Position numbers and translations under genes: made by a program. Of a stretch of DNA of 64,000 nt, positions 46,890 to 56,006 are shown one piece after another. Position 1 is the stretch's first letter. The number at the start of each line of letters is the position of its first letter. This stretch comes from Bdellovibrionales bacterium RIFOXYD12_FULL_39_22 (GTDB lineage: Bacteria > Bdellovibrionota > Bacteriovoracia > Bacteriovoracales > Bacteriovoracaceae), in NCBI GenBank assembly GCA_001770205.1, contig MEQL01000027.1, positions 1 through 64,000 of the forward strand, in the 5' to 3' direction. The notes under the pieces were generated by a model. It saw only the letters and a list, made by a program, of their open reading frames with translations. It was not told the DNA's origin and did no database searches.

Positions 46890-48773
46890 ATGAGAAAACT
46901 TATTCTGCTGATGTTAGTGCTTCTGGCCTTTTCTTGTGCGACCAATAAAAGTTCAAAATTAAATAGCGATTCAACTATGGCCGAACTACCGGTGGCCGCA
47001 GTTGATGTTTCTAGCGTGGCCGCAGGTGCGTCGGCCGATAGCTACTTGGCGGAGGTCGAAAAAAAATTTGAAGAGGTTGTGTCGGCCGCTCAAAAGGCCG
47101 GGCCCGCGGCCATAAACTATTTATCAGATGATCTTTATATAAAGGCAATGGATGCATCACTAAGCGGCGACTCAAATACTTCCGCTTTGATTTTGAAGTA
47201 CGTGGTAAAACTCAATGACAAAGATCTTTATTTGAAGAAAAAATATGCCATAGAGCTGATCCGCATTAGCAAGATGGCTGAAGCGCAGGCGGTTTTGGAA
47301 GATGCATTTGCGTTAACGAATGGATCGGATGAATCTATTGGCCTTATTTTGGGAGGAGTCTATGTCTCCTTTGAAAAAGATGATGAAGCTGCCGATGTCT
47401 ATGCTAAAATAATAAATAAACATCCGGCCAATGAAGAAGCGTGTGTATTTTTATCTAAAACATATGCAAAGAAAAAATCCTTTGAACAGGCCAGTAGCGT
47501 TCTATCGCAGTGTAGAGCTCAAGATAGCAAGAACCCTCTTTTCCCATACTATTTGGGCAAAATAACGTATGAGCGAGGGAATAAAGAGCTTGCCAAAAAA
47601 TATTTTAAAAGTTCACTGAAGTTAGATCCAGAATATTATCAGGCGGCAGTTGGAATCGGTGCAATATTGGAGGAAGAGGAAAAGTTAAAAGAAGCAACCG
47701 CCGTTTATAAAGACTTTTTACAACAGTCGCCGCAAAATTATGCGGTTTTATCAAAGTTAGTGCAGATTCTTTTTGCGCAAGGGCGATTTGGTGAAATAAC
47801 TGGATACGCAGAACAACTATCCGGCCTTGACCCCAGTGATTTAAATTTAAAAGTTAAATTAGGAATTTTATATACGGATGCTAAACGATACGAGGATGCG
47901 AAGGGAGTTTTTAAAGAAATACTCAAAGAGGTTCCAGATTCAGATAAGGTGTTATATTACTTGGGGGCAATATATCAAGAGACTAAAGATTTTGAAGATG
48001 CCGTAAAGTATTATTCGAAAATTCCAGAATCAAGCGCACTCTTCCATGATGGGCACATTCAGATAGGCAATATTTTAATGGATTTAGCGAATCAAGAGAG
48101 CGATAAAGATAAGGCAAAGACCTATTTTGATCGTCTAATAAGTTTTGTTACTACAACATCCAAAAAATATCCGGCGCTGAAATTGGATTTGTCAGTAGCG
48201 CTTGCTGGTTTTTTTGATGATAGAAAGGATTACACTAAGGCGATCGAGATAATTGTGGGACTGAGAGTAGACAAAGAAAAAGATTACAATAGTGGCCATG
48301 ATTATTTTCTTGCTTCGCTATATGAAAAAAGCGGCCAACGAGACAAGGCCATTGGAATAATGGAGGCCGTTATTGCAACTGATCCAGATAATGCTGATGC
48401 ATTAAATTTTATTGGTTACATATTTATTGAGGAAAATCGAAACTTGCCGATGGCCTTTGAATACATAACAAAGGCGTCTAAGCTTAGACCTAATGATGGT
48501 TACATTTTGGATTCGATTGGATGGTATTATTATCGAACTGGAAAACTAAAAGAGTCACTAGAGCATATTAAGAGGGCCGCCAGAGTAATAAAAGATGACG
48601 CAGTAATAAATAAACACTTGGCAATTATTTATTATGAGATGAAAATGTATGATCTATCCAAGAAGTCTTTTGCGGAGGCACTAAAGAGTTGCAAACAAGA
48701 ATCAGAAAAAGAGGATGTAATCCGCGCAATGGAGGGATTAGAAAAAATCCGTCTGCCGGCATCGGTAAAATAG
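46890..48773 (+). CDS. TPR-repeat lipoprotein
   Basis: Lipobox AFSC; many TPRs; ALNFIGY...ILDSIGW. Confidence 0.85.
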   Translation: MRKLILLMLVLLAFSCATNKSSKLNSDSTMAELPVAAVDVSSVAAGASADSYLAEVEKKFEEVVSAAQKAGPAAINYLSDDLYIKAMDASLSGDSNTSALILKYVVKLNDKDLYLKKKYAIELIRISKMAEAQAVLEDAFALTNGSDESIGLILGGVYVSFEKDDEAADVYAKIINKHPANEEACVFLSKTYAKKKSFEQASSVLSQCRAQDSKNPLFPYYLGKITYERGNKELAKKYFKSSLKLDPEYYQAAVGIGAILEEEEKLKEATAVYKDFLQQSPQNYAVLSKLVQILFAQGRFGEITGYAEQLSGLDPSDLNLKVKLGILYTDAKRYEDAKGVFKEILKEVPDSDKVLYYLGAIYQETKDFEDAVKYYSKIPESSALFHDGHIQIGNILMDLANQESDKDKAKTYFDRLISFVTTTSKKYPALKLDLSVALAGFFDDRKDYTKAIEIIVGLRVDKEKDYNSGHDYFLASLYEKSGQRDKAIGIMEAVIATDPDNADALNFIGYIFIEENRNLPMAFEYITKASKLRPNDGYILDSIGWYYYRTGKLKESLEHIKRAARVIKDDAVINKHLAIIYYEMKMYDLSKKSFAEALKSCKQESEKEDVIRAMEGLEKIRLPASVK

Positions 48774-49453
48774 TTTTTACTTTTTTTGTTCTATCTATAA
48801 CTTCCTGCGCTTCGCTGTTTAATAAAAAATTGACAATGCCGCCGGAAGTAATACTTGCAAAATCACTCGAGCAAATTTGCCTTTCGGCAGCAGGAAGAGG
48901 CAAGATAATTTATCGTGGTAATAACTATACTTTTGGTTATGAAAGTTTGTTGGAGCAGAAGGAAAAAAACTGGGCACTAGCGGCCAATATCCCGCTACAC
49001 GGTGAAGAAGTTATTCGTCTGGGATATACCCATATTGAAGAAGGCCGGTTTTTGATATCAGGGGGAATTTATTCCTCAATAATGGATACGCTAGAAAGAA
49101 AAAAAGAGAAGCGTTCTATCCAGGCAATAAATCACTATCTGAAGAATTTAGCGTTGTTTTTAGATTTTTATCAGCAGCGCCAGGATGGTTTATTGCAATG
49201 TTTGATTAAATATTCAGATGAATATGAAGTCAGTGGGCGTTGTGCCCTGGGACAGAAGGGTGAGCAAAACTTGTATTGGAGATTTAAAAACGAAACTTTA
49301 ACTTTCAGTGAAAAAGAGGGGACTATTGCTCTGCCGATTTTGATCTTTTCTCGGCCACAGAATGGAATATTTTCTGGCCTTTCTGGCCAAATAGGTATCG
49401 AAGGTGATCTATTGTTGGAGTTAAATTTGTTGACCGATGAATGCTTTAGATAA
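48689..49453 (+). CDS. Putative lipoprotein (start uncertain)
   Basis: Hydrophobic stretch with ITSC lipobox; follows the TPR gene. Confidence 0.6.
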   Translation: MQTRIRKRGCNPRNGGIRKNPSAGIGKIVFTFFVLSITSCASLFNKKLTMPPEVILAKSLEQICLSAAGRGKIIYRGNNYTFGYESLLEQKEKNWALAANIPLHGEEVIRLGYTHIEEGRFLISGGIYSSIMDTLERKKEKRSIQAINHYLKNLALFLDFYQQRQDGLLQCLIKYSDEYEVSGRCALGQKGEQNLYWRFKNETLTFSEKEGTIALPILIFSRPQNGIFSGLSGQIGIEGDLLLELNLLTDECFR

Positions 49454-49597
49454 AAAAATAGAAAAAACAGAAAGAATATTGATTTGGCATATTTTACCGG
49501 AATAAAAAACTGTAATGTTTACAACCCATATTTATTTTTTTTTTTTTTGATGTACTATGAATTGAGGTTAAATTAAGAATATGCCAGGGGGGAATTT

Positions 49598-49957
49598 ATG
49601 AAGTTTTATTCTTTCGTGTTTTGTTCTATGATTTTTTTTGCATCGTTTGCTAGCGAGTTTTCTTATCAGTGTTTTCCAGAGATTGGGAGTGGTAATGAAA
49701 TTGTGAAAATTACTTTAAATTACGATACAATGCTGGCCAGTCTATACGTCAATGAGAAAGCAGAAGAGCGTTGTTACCAAAAATCATTTTCTGAAGATTT
49801 TGATGAGGAAGATTCGGAGGAAAGCGTTGTTGTTGTAACCTGTAACAATAATCTAGAGGTGATTTTAGATAGTAATCATGATGAACTGGTACTAGATATA
49901 TCGAGTCTGCGTCTAGAACGGCTAAGCGATAAAAGATATATGTGCAGTCTTCTGTAG
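49598..49957 (+). CDS. Small secreted acidic protein
   Basis: GGGGG RBS, signal peptide, four mature-region Cys. Confidence 0.65.
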   Translation: MKFYSFVFCSMIFFASFASEFSYQCFPEIGSGNEIVKITLNYDTMLASLYVNEKAEERCYQKSFSEDFDEEDSEESVVVVTCNNNLEVILDSNHDELVLDISSLRLERLSDKRYMCSLL

Positions 49958-50003
49958 TGTGTGTATAAAAGAATTAATTATTTTTTTGTTAGATCTTTTA
50001 AAC

Positions 50004-50684
50004 TCAAAATTCCCCGGATAATGGAGCAGTAGGAACAGACGTTGGAATTATCTCCGGTGTATTCTCTTCACGGGCCTGATTGTTGGTTGGCATTATTGTT
50101 GGCGAAGTTGGCAAAGACCTCTCTTCTGGGTCCGCTGGAGGATTCGTTGGGGGGTGACGAGTAAGAATTGTACCGCTATTTAAATATGATTCCAGTATTG
50201 TATAAATGCAATAAACTTTGCCATGATCACTTTGAAGATCTTCTTTTTCTCCCTTGGCAAAAATAAGTCCATCATCTTGGATAATTTCAATTAGTTCTTT
50301 GTAGGTATTACAGTATTCAGAGGTGGCCCCACTAGAACAAAAAGAATTACCTTTTTTAACTACTTCGATTAGATCGGTTCCGGTTTTTATATGCACAGGA
50401 GTTCTGCAAACATCAATCTCCCATTGTTTTTTCATAAATTTAAATTTGCGGTGACTAATTTTGATATCACATAGGTTTTTGTTAAAGGAAAGTAATGTCT
50501 TTGTTAGTCCAAATGGCATTGCCTTATGAATGATTTTATTAGTAAAAGATTCATCGAGGCACTCCTTTTCTGTAAAGGCGTAAAGGTTAACAGAAAAAAA
50601 GGCAAGCACGAACGTAAGCAAAGCTAGCAGTGGCAAGGTTGATGTAAGTTGTATTGATGTGTTTTTAGGTTCTGATAATAACAT
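50004..50684 (-). CDS. Secreted Cys-rich hypothetical protein with Pro/Thr-rich tail
   Basis: Signal-like hydrophobic segment; overlaps the upstream gene. Confidence 0.6.
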   Translation of the reverse strand: MLLSEPKNTSIQLTSTLPLLALLTFVLAFFSVNLYAFTEKECLDESFTNKIIHKAMPFGLTKTLLSFNKNLCDIKISHRKFKFMKKQWEIDVCRTPVHIKTGTDLIEVVKKGNSFCSSGATSEYCNTYKELIEIIQDDGLIFAKGEKEDLQSDHGKVYCIYTILESYLNSGTILTRHPPTNPPADPEERSLPTSPTIMPTNNQAREENTPEIIPTSVPTAPLSGEF

Positions 50685-51846
50685 TTTTCCCTACCTCCAC
50701 GTAAATGGCCATGGCATCATGTGACAAAAGATCACCATCTTTTTTTCTGCGTAAGTTGTAAAATAGTTCGTCTAAAAAGAGGCGATGTCCTGAAAAGATA
50801 TGTTCTTTAACAAATGCCGTAATATCAAATTGCTTATCGTTTTTCATTACTCCAGGGGACATTATGGCCAAGCGGTCATTGCGTCCAATTTTGAAAACAA
50901 GAGAAGTTCGTTTCAAAAATTCAGGATCTGGAGGGAAATTATTACCGAGAGTAATTATATTTTTATTTGAAATTAAAATATTAGGGCCAAAATTATAACC
51001 CAAAATATCTAAGCTTGAGGTGTCAATTTCCAGGCATAGCATAGAAAAAGAAATGGCCTGATCACTACTTTTGACCTTTTTAAACATGGCAATCATGTCG
51101 GTGGCACATTTTTTTGCCCCTAGCGGAATATTAACTTTGGTTTTGTTGGGGTTGGAAGGAGAATGAAAGTAAGCAGCAATATCAGAGGAAAAAAGATAGG
51201 AGTTGGTTCCGCTAACAAATAATAGCACGCGATGATCATCTAGCTTGGCCACATGGTAAAAATCGCCCCCTGATGATTCTCCGGCCCCATATTTACTATG
51301 AAAAGTTATGCCTTTAAAAACATCTTCGCGGAATGTTACTTTTTTGGCATGAATCTTTTTTATTTTTTTCATTTCCGAGATTGTTTGTTTTACCAGTTTA
51401 TCCAGCCGATCTTTCACTGTCACAAGCTCATCATTGAAGTCACTAATTTTTTTACTTTTCAAATATAATTTTGCTAAAAAAAGAAAAACAGGTAGATGAA
51501 CATCTACTGGATGAGTTTCCAAACAAAAAGTTGCACAAATGTTTTCCAGCGAAATAGGAGGAGGGGCCGTAAAAGTTGTGGAAGGTAAGTCCAATGCCAC
51601 AAATACCGATTTATTGGAGAGTTGTTTTTCTAAAAAGCTTAGTTGCTTATTGTGCGCAAGATTGGCCATGTCCAAGATAAAGATTACATTGTTTTTGAAT
51701 TTATCTAATTCTGGCAGGACGCTGCGATCAAAAGTGAGTAGAGAGATAATGGATAACTCAATTTGATGTTGCTCTTTTAGTTGTTGTTTTATTTCTAGAA
51801 GATTTTTTTTATTGGGTTCGCCTGTAATGTATAAAAAACGATTCAT
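50665..51846 (-). CDS. SpoIIE/PP2C-like phosphatase domain protein (degenerate)
   Basis: Coiled coil then SGGDFY; metal-binding DG motifs altered. Confidence 0.6.
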   Translation of the reverse strand: MNRFLYITGEPNKKNLLEIKQQLKEQHQIELSIISLLTFDRSVLPELDKFKNNVIFILDMANLAHNKQLSFLEKQLSNKSVFVALDLPSTTFTAPPPISLENICATFCLETHPVDVHLPVFLFLAKLYLKSKKISDFNDELVTVKDRLDKLVKQTISEMKKIKKIHAKKVTFREDVFKGITFHSKYGAGESSGGDFYHVAKLDDHRVLLFVSGTNSYLFSSDIAAYFHSPSNPNKTKVNIPLGAKKCATDMIAMFKKVKSSDQAISFSMLCLEIDTSSLDILGYNFGPNILISNKNIITLGNNFPPDPEFLKRTSLVFKIGRNDRLAIMSPGVMKNDKQFDITAFVKEHIFSGHRLFLDELFYNLRRKKDGDLLSHDAMAIYVEVGKNVIIRT

Positions 51847-51996
51847 TAATTACTGCCAATGTTAATTACTTGATATGCAAACGAAGATTATACCCTTATC
51901 GCCTTTTCCTTTTCAAGGGCGGCCACAATAAAATGCTCAGTTATTTGATCAAGATATGGAAACGTTTTGGTCGGCCATTTATTATAGTAAAGAATG

Positions 51997-52023
51997 TAAA
52001 TATATTATTTTAAGCTCCGATAT
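51997..52023 (+). promoter_or_regulatory. Putative sigma28 promoter of the HD-GYP gene
   Basis: TAAA-N15-TCCGATAT. Confidence 0.55.
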
Positions 52024-52055
52024 GTATGCACTCGTGTGGTGGTTGGGATGTAAAT

Positions 52056-52805
52056 ATGAAAAAAACAAGTGGTAAAGAACAAAAAAATTCGGCCAATGTT
52101 CTTAGCTTTGAACGGCCATTTTATGATGCGCAAATAAGAAAATTTGAAGCAGAAATTTCAAAATTGCAGGCCTTGCATAAGGAGACTTGTGAAATGGCCG
52201 TGCGAACTATCTTGCGTGCACTAGATCACAAAGATCATTATACTTACGGACATAGTATGCGCGTGGCCCATTATGCGCTGATTTTGGGTGAGGAACTGGG
52301 TTTTTCACCTCAAGAGTTATATAATCTTGAGCTTGCATCGATCTGTCACGATATTGGAAAAATCGGTGTTCCTGATGCGGTTCTTTTAAAACCATCTCGT
52401 TTGGACGCCGAAGAAATGAAGATGATGCAGGAACATCCAGGAAAATCGTATGAGATAATAAAAGAATTTAATTTTTTGGCCAACGTAGCAGACTATGTGC
52501 GATTTCATCATGAGCGAATTGACGGAACTGGCTACCCTCAAGGATTGGCCGGAGAGGAAATTCCACTAGTTTCTAGGATAATTCTTGTCGCAGATACGTT
52601 TGATGCTATGACCTCTTCTCGCCCATATCGTAAAGGGTTGACGCACCAGGCGGCCATTGATGAACTTGTTAAATTTTCTGGAACGCAATTTGATGGTGCT
52701 CTTGTTTCGCTCTTTTTGCAAGGAATGGAAAAAGAAAATCAAAAAAAGCGAGATCAATTTTATTTGCAAATTGTTAATGAACTATTCAATAAAGATGCGG
52801 CCTGA
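52056..52805 (+). CDS. HD-GYP cyclic-dinucleotide phosphodiesterase
   Basis: KDHYTYGHS.RV, HDIGK, HHERIDGTGYP, RPYR. Confidence 0.92.
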   Translation: MKKTSGKEQKNSANVLSFERPFYDAQIRKFEAEISKLQALHKETCEMAVRTILRALDHKDHYTYGHSMRVAHYALILGEELGFSPQELYNLELASICHDIGKIGVPDAVLLKPSRLDAEEMKMMQEHPGKSYEIIKEFNFLANVADYVRFHHERIDGTGYPQGLAGEEIPLVSRIILVADTFDAMTSSRPYRKGLTHQAAIDELVKFSGTQFDGALVSLFLQGMEKENQKKRDQFYLQIVNELFNKDAA

Positions 52806-52865
52806 GATTCTACCGTTAACAAATTCTTTGCGAGGAAGATAATTTCGGTTGTCTTTGATTATCGA

Positions 52866-54002
52866 TTAATCGCAAAAGGCCGTGGGCATCTGAGTGTTGA
52901 TATTGTGAATTTGAACAATCTTACAATCACCTGAATTAGCATATACATTGGAAACGTAGCATTCTATTTTTTTTTCGTTACGTATGGCCCATTGCATATT
53001 GCCGCGACAGTCTCGATAACTTGCTTCGTCAACACACGCCCAGTGGCGGCCAAGGCAATTATAAACAAGGCCTCGGCCTAACTTTTCATAATTGGGAGGA
53101 GAAACATATGGGAGTTGTTTTCCAAGTAAAATCTCTTTTTGTTGGCGAATAGATACTGGCCGGTCTACTGACTGATTGGATAGGTTCTGTTGTTTTTGAA
53201 TTAAATCATCACTAAGTTTTTGCAGACGCAATTTTTCTTCTTCTAGCGCGGCCCTTTCTTGCTCCAACGCTTTCTTTATCTCTTCACTATTTGTTGGCTG
53301 ATCAGGTTTACTAGCACCAGATTCTAGCTCACTTATTTTTAACTTATATTCTTCAATTGCTTTGATATTTTCTATTTTCTCTTCTTCGCTTTTAGTTATG
53401 GCATCTTTTAGTGCCAAAATCTCTTCTTTATAGGCATCCCTTTCCCGTAACACTTGTTCATATTCGGCCTTAGCAACCAATGTTTTCGTTGGCAAAATTG
53501 TTGGTGTAGCGGGAGTTTCCTCCGCAACTTTATTTTGTGTGGCAGGAGGATTGTCTTCCTCAATATCTTTTTTGCTGTTGTCCATTGTCGAAAAAACATA
53601 GATAGCAAAAAAAACAACGAAAACCATCAAAGCTCTCTGCCGTAACTGTGGATCTGATTTCAATTTTTCAAAAATAGATGCTGGATCTGAATCAGCGCTA
53701 ATATCTTTTTCTTCTGTGGACTTTATTTTTCTTCTATCGCTATTTATATTTTTTTTAAATTTATCTTTGACTTGAGAGCCAAAAACTTGGGCACGCTCAC
53801 GAATGGTGGTAACAATTCCTTTTCCCTCTTCTTCGTCATCATCGTTAACATTGCTTTGGGCGGCAAGTGGTATTTTTTTTGAAGAAGTAATGGAAGTTTT
53901 GTCCTTTATGGACATATTACTTGTGGCCATTTTTTTTATATCGGTTTTAATTGTCTTGCTTCCGTCGGAACTATTTAGTGCCATGCTTGGGGACTCCACC
54001 AA
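52866..54002 (-). CDS. Bitopic membrane protein with coiled coil and Cys-rich C-terminal domain
   Basis: Central TM, long heptad region, six C-terminal Cys. Confidence 0.6.
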   Translation of the reverse strand: MVESPSMALNSSDGSKTIKTDIKKMATSNMSIKDKTSITSSKKIPLAAQSNVNDDDEEEGKGIVTTIRERAQVFGSQVKDKFKKNINSDRRKIKSTEEKDISADSDPASIFEKLKSDPQLRQRALMVFVVFFAIYVFSTMDNSKKDIEEDNPPATQNKVAEETPATPTILPTKTLVAKAEYEQVLRERDAYKEEILALKDAITKSEEEKIENIKAIEEYKLKISELESGASKPDQPTNSEEIKKALEQERAALEEEKLRLQKLSDDLIQKQQNLSNQSVDRPVSIRQQKEILLGKQLPYVSPPNYEKLGRGLVYNCLGRHWACVDEASYRDCRGNMQWAIRNEKKIECYVSNVYANSGDCKIVQIHNINTQMPTAFCD

Positions 54003-54156
54003 AAAGAGAGGGAATAATTTTTATCCATGCTTTGATTGTATCAACTAACTGCTCCGGAGACAATTGGCGGAAGGCCTTGACCTATTAAACAATGTTGAGT
54101 TGACCACTCTGGTAATTTTAGATGTCTATTTGGCCATAGATTGGTATAATCAAAAT

Positions 54157-55302
54157 ATGAATTTTGATGGCCTAGAATTTTTAATTGTTGGGAGTGGTTT
54201 TTTTGGATCAGTACTGGCAGAACGAGTGGCGACAGTATTGGGAAAGAAAGTGATTATTGTAGAAAAGAGAGGCCATATTGGAGGCAATTCCTACTCCGGA
54301 TTATGTTCTCAAACAGGAATTGAAGAACATCTCTATGGTGCACATATTTTTCATACATCCAATAAGCGTGTTTGGGATTATATAAGGTCATTTAGTGATT
54401 TTACAAATTACCAGCATCGAGTTTTTACCGAGTATAAATCGGTTATCTATCCATTGCCAATTAGCTTGGCCACGATCAATGCTTTCTATAAAAAGCAACT
54501 TCGGCCATACGAGGTGGAGGCGTTTATGCAAAATGAACGCGCCAATGAGAATATAGTAAATCCGACTAACTTGGAGGAGATGGCCATCTCTTTAATCGGC
54601 CGGCCATTATATGAAGCATTTATTAAGGGATATACTAAGAAGCAGTGGGACAAAGATCCTCGATTTTTACCTGCAAATATTATTACTCGTTTGCCAGTTA
54701 GAAAAAATTATAACAACAATTATTTTAATGATTCCTATCAAGGGTTGCCTCAAAACGGTTATTTTAAGTTGTTTGAAAATATACTTTCCAACCCCAAGAT
54801 TGAGGTGAAATTAAATACTAATTTTTTCGAGATAAAAGAAAAAATTCCATCGTCTTGTCACATAATATTTACTGGACCGATTGATCAATATTTTAATTAT
54901 AAATTTGGCGCTCTGGAATGGCGAGGTCTGCGCTTTGTGCGAGAAGTATTAAACTACGAAGATTTTCAAGGAACGGCGGTAATGAATTATGCGGATGAGT
55001 TAGTGCCATATACTCGTATTCATGAATTTAGACATTTTCACCCAGAAAGAGTGGCACCGGCCAATAAAACATTGGTAGTTAGAGAATATCCACAGGCCTG
55101 GAAGGTTGGAGAAGATCCTTACTATCCAATGGGGACCAAAGAGAATTTGGATCGTTATGAACTATATCGCCGGGAAGCTGCGAGCATTTCTAACTTGCAT
55201 ATCGGTGGCCGGATGGGACAATATTGCTATTTAGATATGGATAAAACTATTTTATTGGCCCTAGAACTTTTTGATAAAATTAGAGTGAGGTATGCAACAT
55301 GA
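54157..55302 (+). CDS. glf: UDP-galactopyranose mutase
   Basis: GSGFFG, HIGGN, YGAHIFHT, YTKKQW, PYYP, YLDMD; start ATG 54157. Confidence 0.95.
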   Translation: MNFDGLEFLIVGSGFFGSVLAERVATVLGKKVIIVEKRGHIGGNSYSGLCSQTGIEEHLYGAHIFHTSNKRVWDYIRSFSDFTNYQHRVFTEYKSVIYPLPISLATINAFYKKQLRPYEVEAFMQNERANENIVNPTNLEEMAISLIGRPLYEAFIKGYTKKQWDKDPRFLPANIITRLPVRKNYNNNYFNDSYQGLPQNGYFKLFENILSNPKIEVKLNTNFFEIKEKIPSSCHIIFTGPIDQYFNYKFGALEWRGLRFVREVLNYEDFQGTAVMNYADELVPYTRIHEFRHFHPERVAPANKTLVVREYPQAWKVGEDPYYPMGTKENLDRYELYRREAASISNLHIGGRMGQYCYLDMDKTILLALELFDKIRVRYAT

Positions 55303-56006
55303 GTCAACTGCGTGATCTAATAGTTATAATTCCCGTATATAACGAAGAAGCGGCAATTGAAATAGTTCTTTCTTCTTGGGCAAAAAAGCTTGAGGAGATG
55401 AAAATTGATTATCAAATACATGTATATAACGATGGTTCTAGGGATAATACGCTTAATGTTGTGTACTCGCTGGCAAAAGATAATCCCAGAATTGAGGTAC
55501 ATGATAAGGCCAATAGTGGGCATGGCCAGACGATCTTACTTGGCTATAACGAGAATTGTTCACAGGCGGAGTGGCTTTTTCAGATTGATTCGGATAATGA
55601 GATGGGCCCGGAGGGCTTTGATAAATTATGGAATAAGCGCATTCAATATGATTTTTTGCTGGGATCACGGGCCGGAAGATCACAACCCCTATCTCGCAAA
55701 ATTGTAACTCTTGTCTCTCGTATCGTTATCGGAGTAATGTGTGGAAGCGATATTTACGATGTTAATTCTCCTTATCGTTTGATGAGATCTAGCGTTTTCT
55801 CTTCGCTTTTTTTTAAGATTCCGGCGGATACTTTTGCACCCAACGTAATTATTTCTGGCCTTGCAATACGCAATCACCTGCGTATTTATGAAGCGGCAGT
55901 AGTATACTCAGATAGAACTACGGGTGAGGTTTCAATAAAAAAATGGAAGCTCTTGAAAGCGGCGGCAAAATCTTTTTGGCAAACTATCACCTTCTTCGCT
56001 TCTTAA
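55299..56006 (+). CDS. GT2 polyprenol-phosphate glycosyltransferase-like protein
   Basis: IPVYNEE, NDGSRD, GHG, IDSD, DVNSPYRL. Confidence 0.85.
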   Translation: MSQLRDLIVIIPVYNEEAAIEIVLSSWAKKLEEMKIDYQIHVYNDGSRDNTLNVVYSLAKDNPRIEVHDKANSGHGQTILLGYNENCSQAEWLFQIDSDNEMGPEGFDKLWNKRIQYDFLLGSRAGRSQPLSRKIVTLVSRIVIGVMCGSDIYDVNSPYRLMRSSVFSSLFFKIPADTFAPNVIISGLAIRNHLRIYEAAVVYSDRTTGEVSIKKWKLLKAAAKSFWQTITFFAS

